Made by a program: the position numbers and the translations under genes. From the IMG/VR virus record IMGVR_UViG_3300035659_001663, positions 9,183-73,182 of that record: 64,000 bases of DNA, one strand, 5' to 3'. Shown here one piece after another: positions 20,189-28,740 of this stretch. Positions within the stretch are counted from its first letter, which is position 1. Each line of letters opens with the position of its first letter. The notes under the pieces were generated by a model. That model was not told the DNA's origin, searched no databases, and saw only the letters and a program-made list of their open reading frames with translations. The DNA comes from a virus.

Positions 20189-21844
20189 ATGTCATATTAT
20201 GTGAACTTCGAAGTTGATCATCTACCATATTTGCCTAATGATCTAAGTAATCCTATGGGTTGGCTTGATTTTGTAAACGGTCCAGCAGGGACTTATTATT
20301 GTCGAGGAATGAAGGACGATCCAACTAGAATTCTATACTTAGCTGATAAGATATTGCTGCCATGGAGTTTAAGCGCTTTTGGATCATGGAGAATGAATGT
20401 CTTAACAATTACTGGTACGACTGCACAATATTCAAATTCTTGGTCAATGACTGGCGGAATAGTATCAGTTAATGGTATAGTAATTCAGGGTGCAGGAGCT
20501 GTTAGAAATTACAGTTTTTATGATACACATTTTATCGTTAGTAATCAAATAATAATAAGCAGCACACTTGGTAATGCTGTTAATACTTATTTCAAAGGCT
20601 GCATTGTTAGATGTGATTCAATTGATGTCGATTTGTCTACTCCGTCAACTGTTTTGAACGGTCTCAATTTAAGAGACAGTATATTGATAGTAGACTCGAA
20701 TATTAATAGAGGTAACGAATTTAGGAACTCAGTACTCAATAGACCAATGTCAGCATGGAGTTCTGTAAGTAGTATAGTAAGTTGTCAGTTTAATTGGATT
20801 CCACCAACGTGGCCCTTATGGAATGCAGTAAAAGATTCATGGAAATATTCAATATTAAGTCAAGGCACATCATCACCAATAGTCATATCTGCAACAGGCA
20901 GCTTTTCAGGTTATGAATATGATTTATTTGGAAATTTAAGATCAACAGCTGCTGGAATTGGTGCATTCTTTTTTGATGTTAGTAATTATCGATTGTATTT
21001 AGTACAGGGAATTAACAGACATATTATCAAGAGATTAGATTCAAATGTGGCGCCTGCAGTCTTTGACGGTGAATTTTATGGTATTTACGGTGAAGCAGGC
21101 AGATTGAATTTTCCATCAAGTGTTACGACAGATGGAAGTAATATATTTCTTTGTGATTACAAAAATAGTAGAGTCATTAGATTCGACAAGACATTAAACT
21201 TTATCTATGAATATAACACTTCACTGACAATGAATGATCAACCATTTTTGATTTATTATGATAGTATTACTACGGATTTATATGTCTTGAGAGTGACAGA
21301 GTCTCTCTGGAATATGAAGCTTGAACGGCTTGGATTTGACAATAATGGTTTCACTAGTAAGAAAATTAGTGGATTTTTAGGTAAGATGACTGATGGTCTA
21401 ATGCCGACTGCTATGTGTAGAGGTTTTGCAAGTGGTGAATTTCTCGTATGCGGATTAGGTAACGATATTTACAAGACTGTAGAATCGCCAATAACATTTT
21501 CATCATTCGTTAATCAGTCAATCACTGGTCAAGAACCTAATAGATATATGGGTATGATTAAGCATTCTAATGGATATCTTTATTTGAATTCAGGATTACA
21601 ATTAGTAAAAGCAAATTCGTCATTTGAGAGTCTTGGTGTGTCTAATCTTATTGCAACAGTTACGACATGTTTGAAAGAATCGCTTAATGCTAAGATACTA
21701 TTGTATAGTAATCATGATCAATCAATTTTACGATATGATACTAATTTGAATTTTGTTGAAGAAGTGTTCAAAGATAATGGTACTGGTATTGCGACTGATT
21801 CTTTTGATGTTGTTGATTTAATGGAAATTGATTTAGTAGCGTAG
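20189..21844 (+). CDS. Beta-helix-like N-terminus plus NHL-like domain (paralog 5)
   Basis: YLVQGINRHIIKRL...LNFPSSVTTDGSNIFLCD...DSFDVVDL. Confidence 0.8.
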   Translation: MSYYVNFEVDHLPYLPNDLSNPMGWLDFVNGPAGTYYCRGMKDDPTRILYLADKILLPWSLSAFGSWRMNVLTITGTTAQYSNSWSMTGGIVSVNGIVIQGAGAVRNYSFYDTHFIVSNQIIISSTLGNAVNTYFKGCIVRCDSIDVDLSTPSTVLNGLNLRDSILIVDSNINRGNEFRNSVLNRPMSAWSSVSSIVSCQFNWIPPTWPLWNAVKDSWKYSILSQGTSSPIVISATGSFSGYEYDLFGNLRSTAAGIGAFFFDVSNYRLYLVQGINRHIIKRLDSNVAPAVFDGEFYGIYGEAGRLNFPSSVTTDGSNIFLCDYKNSRVIRFDKTLNFIYEYNTSLTMNDQPFLIYYDSITTDLYVLRVTESLWNMKLERLGFDNNGFTSKKISGFLGKMTDGLMPTAMCRGFASGEFLVCGLGNDIYKTVESPITFSSFVNQSITGQEPNRYMGMIKHSNGYLYLNSGLQLVKANSSFESLGVSNLIATVTTCLKESLNAKILLYSNHDQSILRYDTNLNFVEEVFKDNGTGIATDSFDVVDLMEIDLVA

Positions 21845-21850
21845 CCTATT

Positions 21851-21881
21851 AAAGCCGTGACATTGTTCATGGCCTTTTTTT
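21851..21881 (+). terminator. Rho-independent terminator
   Basis: GCCGTGA-loop-TCATGGC then a T run. Confidence 0.65.
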
Positions 21882-21889
21882 GTGAACAT

Positions 21890-22217
21890 GATGATATTTT
21901 CAGCAAACAAGGACTCTTGAATCACCTGCTGCATTTACAGTATTTGACAATCAAGCTATAGTTGGTCAAAATCTTCGTAGATATATGGGTGATTAATGAC
22001 GGTTTACAATTAATCAAAGTGAATTCATTATTTGAGAATGTTGGTGATTCTAATGAAATCGTAACTACAATCATGCGCCTAAAAGAATCTGTGCATGCAA
22101 AATTATTGACATACAACAATAAAAATCAATCTGTTTTGCAATATGATGCAGATCTAAACTTTGCAACTGATGCCTTTGATATTGTAGATTTTCATAGAGA
22201 TTGATTTAGTAGCGTAG
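21890..22217 (+). pseudogene. Decayed 3' remnant of a sixth NHL-like paralog
   Basis: Aligns to the last third of 20189..21844 (ESP..F..F.NQ.I.GQ...RYMG; LQL.K.NS.FE) with deletions and a frameshift; both end ATTGATTTAGTAGCGTAG. Confidence 0.85.
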
Positions 22218-22277
22218 ACATAAATGTTCTTAATTATTAAAGGTAAATGTTTGATTTAATAAGTATAAGATTAAAAA

Positions 22278-22964
22278 ATGAATGTTTTCATTTATGCACT
22301 ATGTGACCCTTCAACTTTTGAAGTACGTTATATTGGAAAAACAATAAATCCTTATAAACGGTATTATTCGCATTTATCTGCTAGAAGTCTTAATAGACGA
22401 ATACAAACACATAAAACTCATTGGTTAAAGTCATTATTGAGACAGTCGTTATTACCAATACAACAAATTTTAGAAATATGTGATGAACGTAATTGGGAAC
22501 AAAAAGAAAGTGAATGGATAGCTTTTTATAAAAGTATTGGTTGTAATTTAACAAATGGAACACCTGGTGGGTATGGTTGGTTTAAATGTTCAGGTAAATC
22601 TAGAAAAGGTAGAAAGCTTTCTGAAGAATGGAGAGCAAAAATAAGTAAAACTTTAAAAGGAAGAAAGCTGCCAGATGAACATCGAAAAAATATAAGCAAA
22701 AATCATGCTAGAAAAGGTAAATTTGGAAAAGATTGTCCAATATTTGGTAGTCATCACTCTGACGAAACTAAAAGAAAAATGAGTGAATCGCAAAAGCTTC
22801 GAGACCCAAAAACGCGAGCAACATGGACTAGTGGCGGTCATCACACGGAAGAAGCAAAATTAAGAATAGGTAGAACAGAAAAAATTACTAAAGCAAATAA
22901 AAAATTAGAAAAATTTATTAAAGACAATCATTTGCATCTAACTAAATATTCACATCTAAACTAA
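22278..22964 (+). mobile_element. Free-standing GIY-YIG homing endonuclease with NUMOD3 repeats
   Basis: FIYAL...RYIGKT...KRY..H; conserved E and N; repeats SEEWRAKISK, HSDETKRKMSES, HTEEAK. Confidence 0.9.
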
Positions 22965-22980
22965 ATAAAGAGATGTAAAA

Positions 22981-23517
22981 GTGTTCTTGATAATCGAGGG
23001 AATTCACAACACTGGTAAGACTACGTTAGTTGAATCATTGAGAAGTCAATTCAAAGTATTTTCATGTAGACGGTTATTTCCCGAATTAGTCAATTCAAGA
23101 AACACACAGATCTCAGATTTTTCATTTGGTGTAAATTGTTCGATTACGTGGTTTGCAAAAGAGATGTCACATGATGATGTATTGTTTGATAGACTGCATG
23201 TGTCTGAGTACGCTTATAGTACTAGTATTCGTCATACAAATGAGATAGAGGCGTTCAGAAATTTTAGAATGATTGATACTGCATTATCTAAATGTAATGT
23301 TAAGATGATACTCTTGACATGTGATTATGATACTATGTGTAAGAGATTGCAAGAAAAAAATAGTATCTATAGTAAAGACGATTATGATGTGTTAACAGTA
23401 ATGTTTAGTAAGGCACTTTACGCTACATTAATTCCGTCAATTGTGATTGATACAAGTAAATTCAATAAATCACAGGTAGTAAGTAAATCATTAGATTTCA
23501 TAAAAGGATTATCATGA
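22981..23517 (+). CDS. dNMP (thymidylate-kinase-like) P-loop kinase
   Basis: IIEGIHNTGKTT Walker A; FDRLHVSEYAY motif. Confidence 0.8.
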   Translation: MFLIIEGIHNTGKTTLVESLRSQFKVFSCRRLFPELVNSRNTQISDFSFGVNCSITWFAKEMSHDDVLFDRLHVSEYAYSTSIRHTNEIEAFRNFRMIDTALSKCNVKMILLTCDYDTMCKRLQEKNSIYSKDDYDVLTVMFSKALYATLIPSIVIDTSKFNKSQVVSKSLDFIKGLS

Positions 23518-24605
23518 GTTTGTCTGTTGAAGAAAAATTAAGAAAGCACGCTGATAGAATTACACAGTCTACTAACTCATGTTTATTAACATTGCAACTT
23601 GATCTTACTGACTTTTGTGTTTGTAAGTGTAAAGGTTGTGAACACTGGAAATGGCCAGTTAAAACAAAACTTAGTCGTGAAATATTGGATAAGAACGTTC
23701 TACCGTACTTGGAAGAATTCGATTCATTACAATCAATAGTTCTTTCAGGTGGTGAACCCTTACTTCATCCTGAAGTTGAACAAATAGTTCATCATATAAA
23801 GCAAGAGTATGGATTAAACATTGGCATAATAACATCAGGATTGGGACATGCTAATTTAGATTGGGCATCATTGTCTAGAGATTGTAGTTGGATAAGATTT
23901 TCAACTGACGGGTTTACATCAGAAAACTACACTGAAACTCGCGGTGTAGACATGTTTGATCAATGGAAAAAAAATCTATTGACATTGTTGAAAGAGAATG
24001 AGCAAACAAAATGTAAAACAAGACTTAATGTTACCATTCACGATTACAATAAGCACAACTTTGTAGACGGATTAGTAGATTTTTTAGATAACAATGATGT
24101 TGATGTTGAAATATTTTTTTGGTTATCAAGGGAAATAATTGCTAGACTTAGAAAGCTTGAAAGTAGTGAACAACGACGACAGTCAGATGACTGTCAAACA
24201 ATTTTCAAACAAGTTAGTAAGTTGCATCATAGATCAAAAGCATATTACGTTTATAATTATGATAATATCTTTTCTCACATCGGTGATACAGAAGTTAGTG
24301 ATTATCATTCTTGTTTCATTCCTAAAATATTTGCATTAATCGCTTCTGACGGTAATGTGTTTCCGTGCTGCTATGCGTATGAACCAGTGTTTTCAATGGA
24401 CAAACAACAAACAAAGTTCGTGATTGGCAATGTTAATGAAAACACTTTAGCTGAAATTTACTCTAGTGATCGATATAAAACAGTTGTTGATCAATTTCTT
24501 AACTGTGATAAGAAATATGAAATGTGTCAATATTGTGACAGATTTGATCATATCAATGTTCATCTAAACAATTATAGACCTATTAGTGATCCAATATTTC
24601 TATGA
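23514..24605 (+). CDS. Radical SAM protein with SPASM/twitch domain
   Basis: CxxxCxxC (CVCKCKGC), LSGGEPLLHP, RFSTDG; C-terminal CFIP...DGNVFPCC...IGNV...CQYC. Confidence 0.92.
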   Translation: MSLSVEEKLRKHADRITQSTNSCLLTLQLDLTDFCVCKCKGCEHWKWPVKTKLSREILDKNVLPYLEEFDSLQSIVLSGGEPLLHPEVEQIVHHIKQEYGLNIGIITSGLGHANLDWASLSRDCSWIRFSTDGFTSENYTETRGVDMFDQWKKNLLTLLKENEQTKCKTRLNVTIHDYNKHNFVDGLVDFLDNNDVDVEIFFWLSREIIARLRKLESSEQRRQSDDCQTIFKQVSKLHHRSKAYYVYNYDNIFSHIGDTEVSDYHSCFIPKIFALIASDGNVFPCCYAYEPVFSMDKQQTKFVIGNVNENTLAEIYSSDRYKTVVDQFLNCDKKYEMCQYCDRFDHINVHLNNYRPISDPIFL

Positions 24606-25216
24606 AATTTTCTTTACTGCAACAAAAAGTTAATGACGTTGAACAACAAATATTCAATTGCAGTAAGTGTCCAGAACTATTTGAACTAAGACAAAACAAA
24701 GTTCATAACTGTCCTGTTCTTGGATTTAATGTCGTACACTACGCTAATGCTAGAGTTTGTTCTATATGTGAAGCACCGGGAGTATACAAACCTCACAAGG
24801 GCGAACAACTAATTGACAAACTTGAAGATTTTCACAAGATATACGACGACAGAATACAAAATGTTTCTTTAATTGGCTCTAGACTATTTGAAATTTATAG
24901 TAAAGCAAACTTGACTTGGCAAGATATACAACATTTCAATGTAGTATGTTGTAGTCCACCGAATTATCGTAAACCGCAAGTTGATGAAGTTGTTAGTTGT
25001 TTACCGTTTCTATTGATGCGCATTAATCTAGTGCAAAGGATGAAAGTAATTATTACTTTTGGAACTGTTGCTAAAAATGCTGTAAAAAGATTCAAGTTAA
25101 ACGTGCCTATAGTTTATTCACATCATCCAAGTTATATTTACTCATATATGCCAGAATCTGAAAGACAAGATTACATAAATCGTGTTGCAAATAGCATTAA
25201 AAAATGTCTCACGTAA
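24602..25216 (+). CDS. Uracil-DNA glycosylase family 4-like (Fe-S) protein
   Basis: CSKCPEL, EAPG, NVVCCSPPNYRKP..DEV..CLPFL, IITFG, HHPSY. Confidence 0.85.
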   Translation: MKFSLLQQKVNDVEQQIFNCSKCPELFELRQNKVHNCPVLGFNVVHYANARVCSICEAPGVYKPHKGEQLIDKLEDFHKIYDDRIQNVSLIGSRLFEIYSKANLTWQDIQHFNVVCCSPPNYRKPQVDEVVSCLPFLLMRINLVQRMKVIITFGTVAKNAVKRFKLNVPIVYSHHPSYIYSYMPESERQDYINRVANSIKKCLT

Positions 25217-25440
25217 TTCAATTGATTAATGGGTTTGCAATAATTGTTGACGACAAACAGTTCAGTCGTTGCAAATGGCAATTCACTAGCACATTTCATT
25301 TTAGCAAGTTCATTACAGTGACTGACATTCATGGGCATAAAATAACTGTACCAAAAAAGTATATATTACTATTTGAGTTGTATAATGAAGAAATCAAGAC
25401 GCAAAAAAATCAAGACAATTCCATTGCCAGCATCATTTGA
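25204..25440 (+). CDS. Hypothetical protein
   Basis: ORF coupled to its neighbours; no motif recognised. Confidence 0.45.
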   Translation: MSHVIQLINGFAIIVDDKQFSRCKWQFTSTFHFSKFITVTDIHGHKITVPKKYILLFELYNEEIKTQKNQDNSIASII

Positions 25441-25762
25441 TGAGACAAATCAAATGTTAAAGGCTAAGTTTTCAGTTAAATACATTAACTATGTCACTAA
25501 TAATGGTATAATCAGGTTCGGTTGGCTAATATCTAATGAGCAATCGATTGATGAAGCAATTAAGTTATTGAAAGTTCAAGCAGCACCTATTTACATACTA
25601 GGTCGATTTGCAAGTGCTGTTGTTTCATGGAATGCAATTAAGATAAACATGATGGGTAGTCTGTATAAAAGCGGTGAAGAATCTGATAAGTTTAGAACAG
25701 ATGATTTTGACATTACTAAAAGTAAACTAACTGAGTGGTATAAGATCTGCAATAATGAATGA
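25373..25762 (+). CDS. Hypothetical protein
   Basis: ORF in an operon-like array. Confidence 0.55.
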   Translation: MSCIMKKSRRKKIKTIPLPASFDETNQMLKAKFSVKYINYVTNNGIIRFGWLISNEQSIDEAIKLLKVQAAPIYILGRFASAVVSWNAIKINMMGSLYKSGEESDKFRTDDFDITKSKLTEWYKICNNE

Positions 25763-25897
25763 TTACTCTTGGACGTATGCGCATGAATTTGATGAAGAGG
25801 ATAGTGAAGTGCCATCATTACTTAGAGATAGATTTTGGTCAAAAATTAGATCTGATCTATACAAAAAGATTTGTAAGGGTAAGGGCGGCGGATCACA

Positions 25898-26176
25898 ATG
25901 GTTATTTATACTCGGAAAAAATCTACTTGTAATGGTGAAAAAATACAATTGACAAAAAAGAGTTTTCAGGCACTTGAAAGAATAGTTGAGTATCTTAATA
26001 CAAGTGAAGGAATAGATAGTTTGATTAATATTGGAGAGACTCAAGCACCAGAATCAGTAGATGATTTGATTGATGTTTTACAGGCTTCAAAAACTAGTAA
26101 TGAAGTTAGACAAACAGAATTCAAAATCTTTTTGAAGAATAGAGAAAGACTGCTGAGAACTATTTCAAATTATTAA
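25898..26176 (+). CDS. Hypothetical protein
   Basis: ORF in an operon-like array. Confidence 0.55.
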   Translation: MVIYTRKKSTCNGEKIQLTKKSFQALERIVEYLNTSEGIDSLINIGETQAPESVDDLIDVLQASKTSNEVRQTEFKIFLKNRERLLRTISNY

Positions 26177-26185
26177 AGGAGGAAC

Positions 26186-26446
26186 ATGATTTACGACTAT
26201 CGATGCGAATGTGGGAATATACAAGAAGAAATGCATGGGATGAATGAAAATCCTGTAATAGTTTGTAAGAAGTGCACAAAGACGATGCAACGAATTATTA
26301 CTGGCGGCGCAGGCGTAGTATTTAAGGGTGGCGGGTGGCCATCAGCTGACGCAAGATTCAAAGACTCAATGACAAAAAAGAGTGCTCGAAAAGCTCAAAA
26401 AGCCAAAGATCACAACAAACCTGTTACATCATTAGGTGATCTCTAA
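26186..26446 (+). CDS. FmdB-family zinc-ribbon protein
   Basis: MIYDYRCECG...CKKC...RIITGGAGVVFKGGGW; AGGAGG RBS. Confidence 0.85.
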   Translation: MIYDYRCECGNIQEEMHGMNENPVIVCKKCTKTMQRIITGGAGVVFKGGGWPSADARFKDSMTKKSARKAQKAKDHNKPVTSLGDL

Positions 26447-26602
26447 TTGTCAAAGTAAAAATTGTCTACAGCTATTGCTTTGTCGTTTGATATAAATTCT
26501 AGGATTGTAATGGTAAATGATAAGATCTATTGGTTATTTGAATACTAAGACTGAGGATAGGTTTTTGATGTTTTCTATGTTAGTCTGCCTGATTATGGTA
26601 TC

Positions 26603-26815
26603 ATGAAGTTTGTCGTTGTCTATACGAATTGCGACTGTGCAAGTGGAAAGACAATTCGTAGAGATCGTATTTGGAACTTGGGTCCTCGATGTCCTCATTG
26701 TTACAAAATACTGGGACCGATGCAATACACAATTCATGAAGAAATAACTGCTAAGAATTTAGACGAAGCTTATAGGAAATGGAGAGAAATCAAAGATGGC
26801 CAAAGAAAAAGATAA
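26603..26815 (+). CDS. Small Zn-finger protein
   Basis: CDC...CPHC; overlaps the gyrB start. Confidence 0.55.
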   Translation: MKFVVVYTNCDCASGKTIRRDRIWNLGPRCPHCYKILGPMQYTIHEEITAKNLDEAYRKWREIKDGQRKR

Positions 26816-28730
26816 GTACGACGAACATTCAATTCAACAACTAGATGATAGGTCACACGTAAGACTACGACCATCAATGTATGTGGGTGATACTGGCTTA
26901 TTTGGTTTACATCATCTAGTATATGAAGTCGTAGACAATAGCATCGATGAAATCACTAATGGTTATGGAGATACTATTACCTGTATTATCCATAAAGATG
27001 GATTCGTTACCGAAAGTGACAATGGTCGTGGCATTCCGGTGGGCATCAAAAAAGAGACAGGCAAGTCAGCAGCTGAAATGGTGATGACATCTCTACGCTC
27101 TGGCGGCAAATTCAATAGTACTTCTTACAAAACATCTTCAGGTCTACATGGTATTGGAGTTTCTGCTGTCAATTTTCTATCTGATCATCTAGACTTGACT
27201 ATCTGTCGTGAAGGTTTCTCTTGGCAACAATCTTACAAAAAGGGATTGGCTGTTTCTCCCTTTGGCAAAGGCGCTGCTACTGACAAAACAGGCACTACAG
27301 TCAAGTTCAAACCTGATCACACAATTTTCCAAACAATAGACTTTCAATACAAGATCTTACATGATCGGTTAAAAGAATTAGCCTATTTGAATAAAGGTGT
27401 GAAAATCGAAGTTGTTGATGAACGAACAGAAGAAAGAGCTGAATTCTATTCTGACGGCGGAATAGTGGCTTTTATTGAAGATTTGAATAAAGGTAAAGAA
27501 TCTCTTGGACCAATTATTCATCTTGATGAAAGTGTCAAGGTCAAGAATGAGACAGTAGGTAATTATGATGTCAGGATAGAAATTGCATTTCAATACAATA
27601 ATGGTTACTCTGACATCATCTATTCTTTTGCTAATAATGTAAATACTAGGGATGGTGGATCACATCTATCTGGGTTCAAATCAGCTTTGCTTGAAGCCAT
27701 CGTCAAGTATTCTGAGAAGAAGAAGTTGTTCAAGGGACTAGATATTCGACCGACTCCTCGTGATGTATTGGAAGGTTTGGCTTCGATAATCTCAGTTAAG
27801 TTACCAAATCCTGAGTTTGAAGGTCAGACAAAATCTACATTGGGTAATCCTGAAATCAAGGAAATTGTTTATAATCAGGTACTTGACGCAATTACATCGT
27901 ATTTTTCAAGCAATGATGATATCGCGATGCTAATTGCCAGTAAGGTTTCGCAAGCTTGTATAGCAAGGGAAGAAGCTAGGAAAGCTCGTGATGCAGTTCG
28001 GAGAAAGAATGTTTTGTCATCATCAATCTTGCCTGGCAAGTTGGCCGATTGCTCAAGCAAGAATGTCGATATTTGCGAAGTCTTCGTGGTAGAAGGTGAT
28101 TCTGCAGCCGGTTCTGCTAAGATGGGACGTAACAGAATTTTTCAAGCAGTTTTACCATTAAAGGGTAAAATTTTGAACGTCGAAAAGAGCGAGTTGTCTG
28201 AGATACTCGAGAATAAAGAAGTAAAAGCACTGATTGCAGCAATTGGTATAAATATCCAAACGGGCGACATTTCAAAGCTTCGATATGGTAAGATTATCAT
28301 TAATTGCGACGCTGATGTCGATGGCGCTCACATTTCGTCATTATTGTTGACAGTGTTTTTCAGGTTTATGAAACCATTGTTAACAGAAGGTCATGTCTAT
28401 ATAGCTCAACCTCCATTGTATAAAGTCAAGTATGGTATGAATGATTTTTACTTGGCAGATGACGAAGCGTTAGCTGCTTGGAAAAAGTCAGTGAAGAATC
28501 CTGATAAGGCAGTGATTACTCGATTCAAAGGTTTGGGAGAAATGAATCCTGAACAGCTTGGTGAAACCACAATGAATCCTGCAACACGAAGGTTGGCTAA
28601 GGTCATAGTTACAGATGAAGCCGAAACAGATCGAATATTCACTATATTGATGGGCAATGATGTTGATAGTCGAAGAGAGTACATTGTACAGAACGCATTG
28701 ATGATAGATGAAGATGCAATTGACGCATAA
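26796..28730 (+). CDS. gyrB: Type IIA topoisomerase subunit B (DNA gyrase B-like)
   Basis: EVVDNSIDE, DNGRGIP, GLHGIGVSAVN, VEGDSAAGSAK, PLKGKILNV, DADVDGAHI, RFKGLGEMN. Confidence 0.96.
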   Translation: MAKEKDKYDEHSIQQLDDRSHVRLRPSMYVGDTGLFGLHHLVYEVVDNSIDEITNGYGDTITCIIHKDGFVTESDNGRGIPVGIKKETGKSAAEMVMTSLRSGGKFNSTSYKTSSGLHGIGVSAVNFLSDHLDLTICREGFSWQQSYKKGLAVSPFGKGAATDKTGTTVKFKPDHTIFQTIDFQYKILHDRLKELAYLNKGVKIEVVDERTEERAEFYSDGGIVAFIEDLNKGKESLGPIIHLDESVKVKNETVGNYDVRIEIAFQYNNGYSDIIYSFANNVNTRDGGSHLSGFKSALLEAIVKYSEKKKLFKGLDIRPTPRDVLEGLASIISVKLPNPEFEGQTKSTLGNPEIKEIVYNQVLDAITSYFSSNDDIAMLIASKVSQACIAREEARKARDAVRRKNVLSSSILPGKLADCSSKNVDICEVFVVEGDSAAGSAKMGRNRIFQAVLPLKGKILNVEKSELSEILENKEVKALIAAIGINIQTGDISKLRYGKIIINCDADVDGAHISSLLLTVFFRFMKPLLTEGHVYIAQPPLYKVKYGMNDFYLADDEALAAWKKSVKNPDKAVITRFKGLGEMNPEQLGETTMNPATRRLAKVIVTDEAETDRIFTILMGNDVDSRREYIVQNALMIDEDAIDA

Positions 28731-28740
28731 GGAGTGAAAG

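Noticed and set aside
21890-22217. Possible diversity-generating retroelement template repeat for the 20189 gene
   Set aside because: Differences are not adenine-specific, include deletions and synonymous changes, and no reverse transcriptase is in the window
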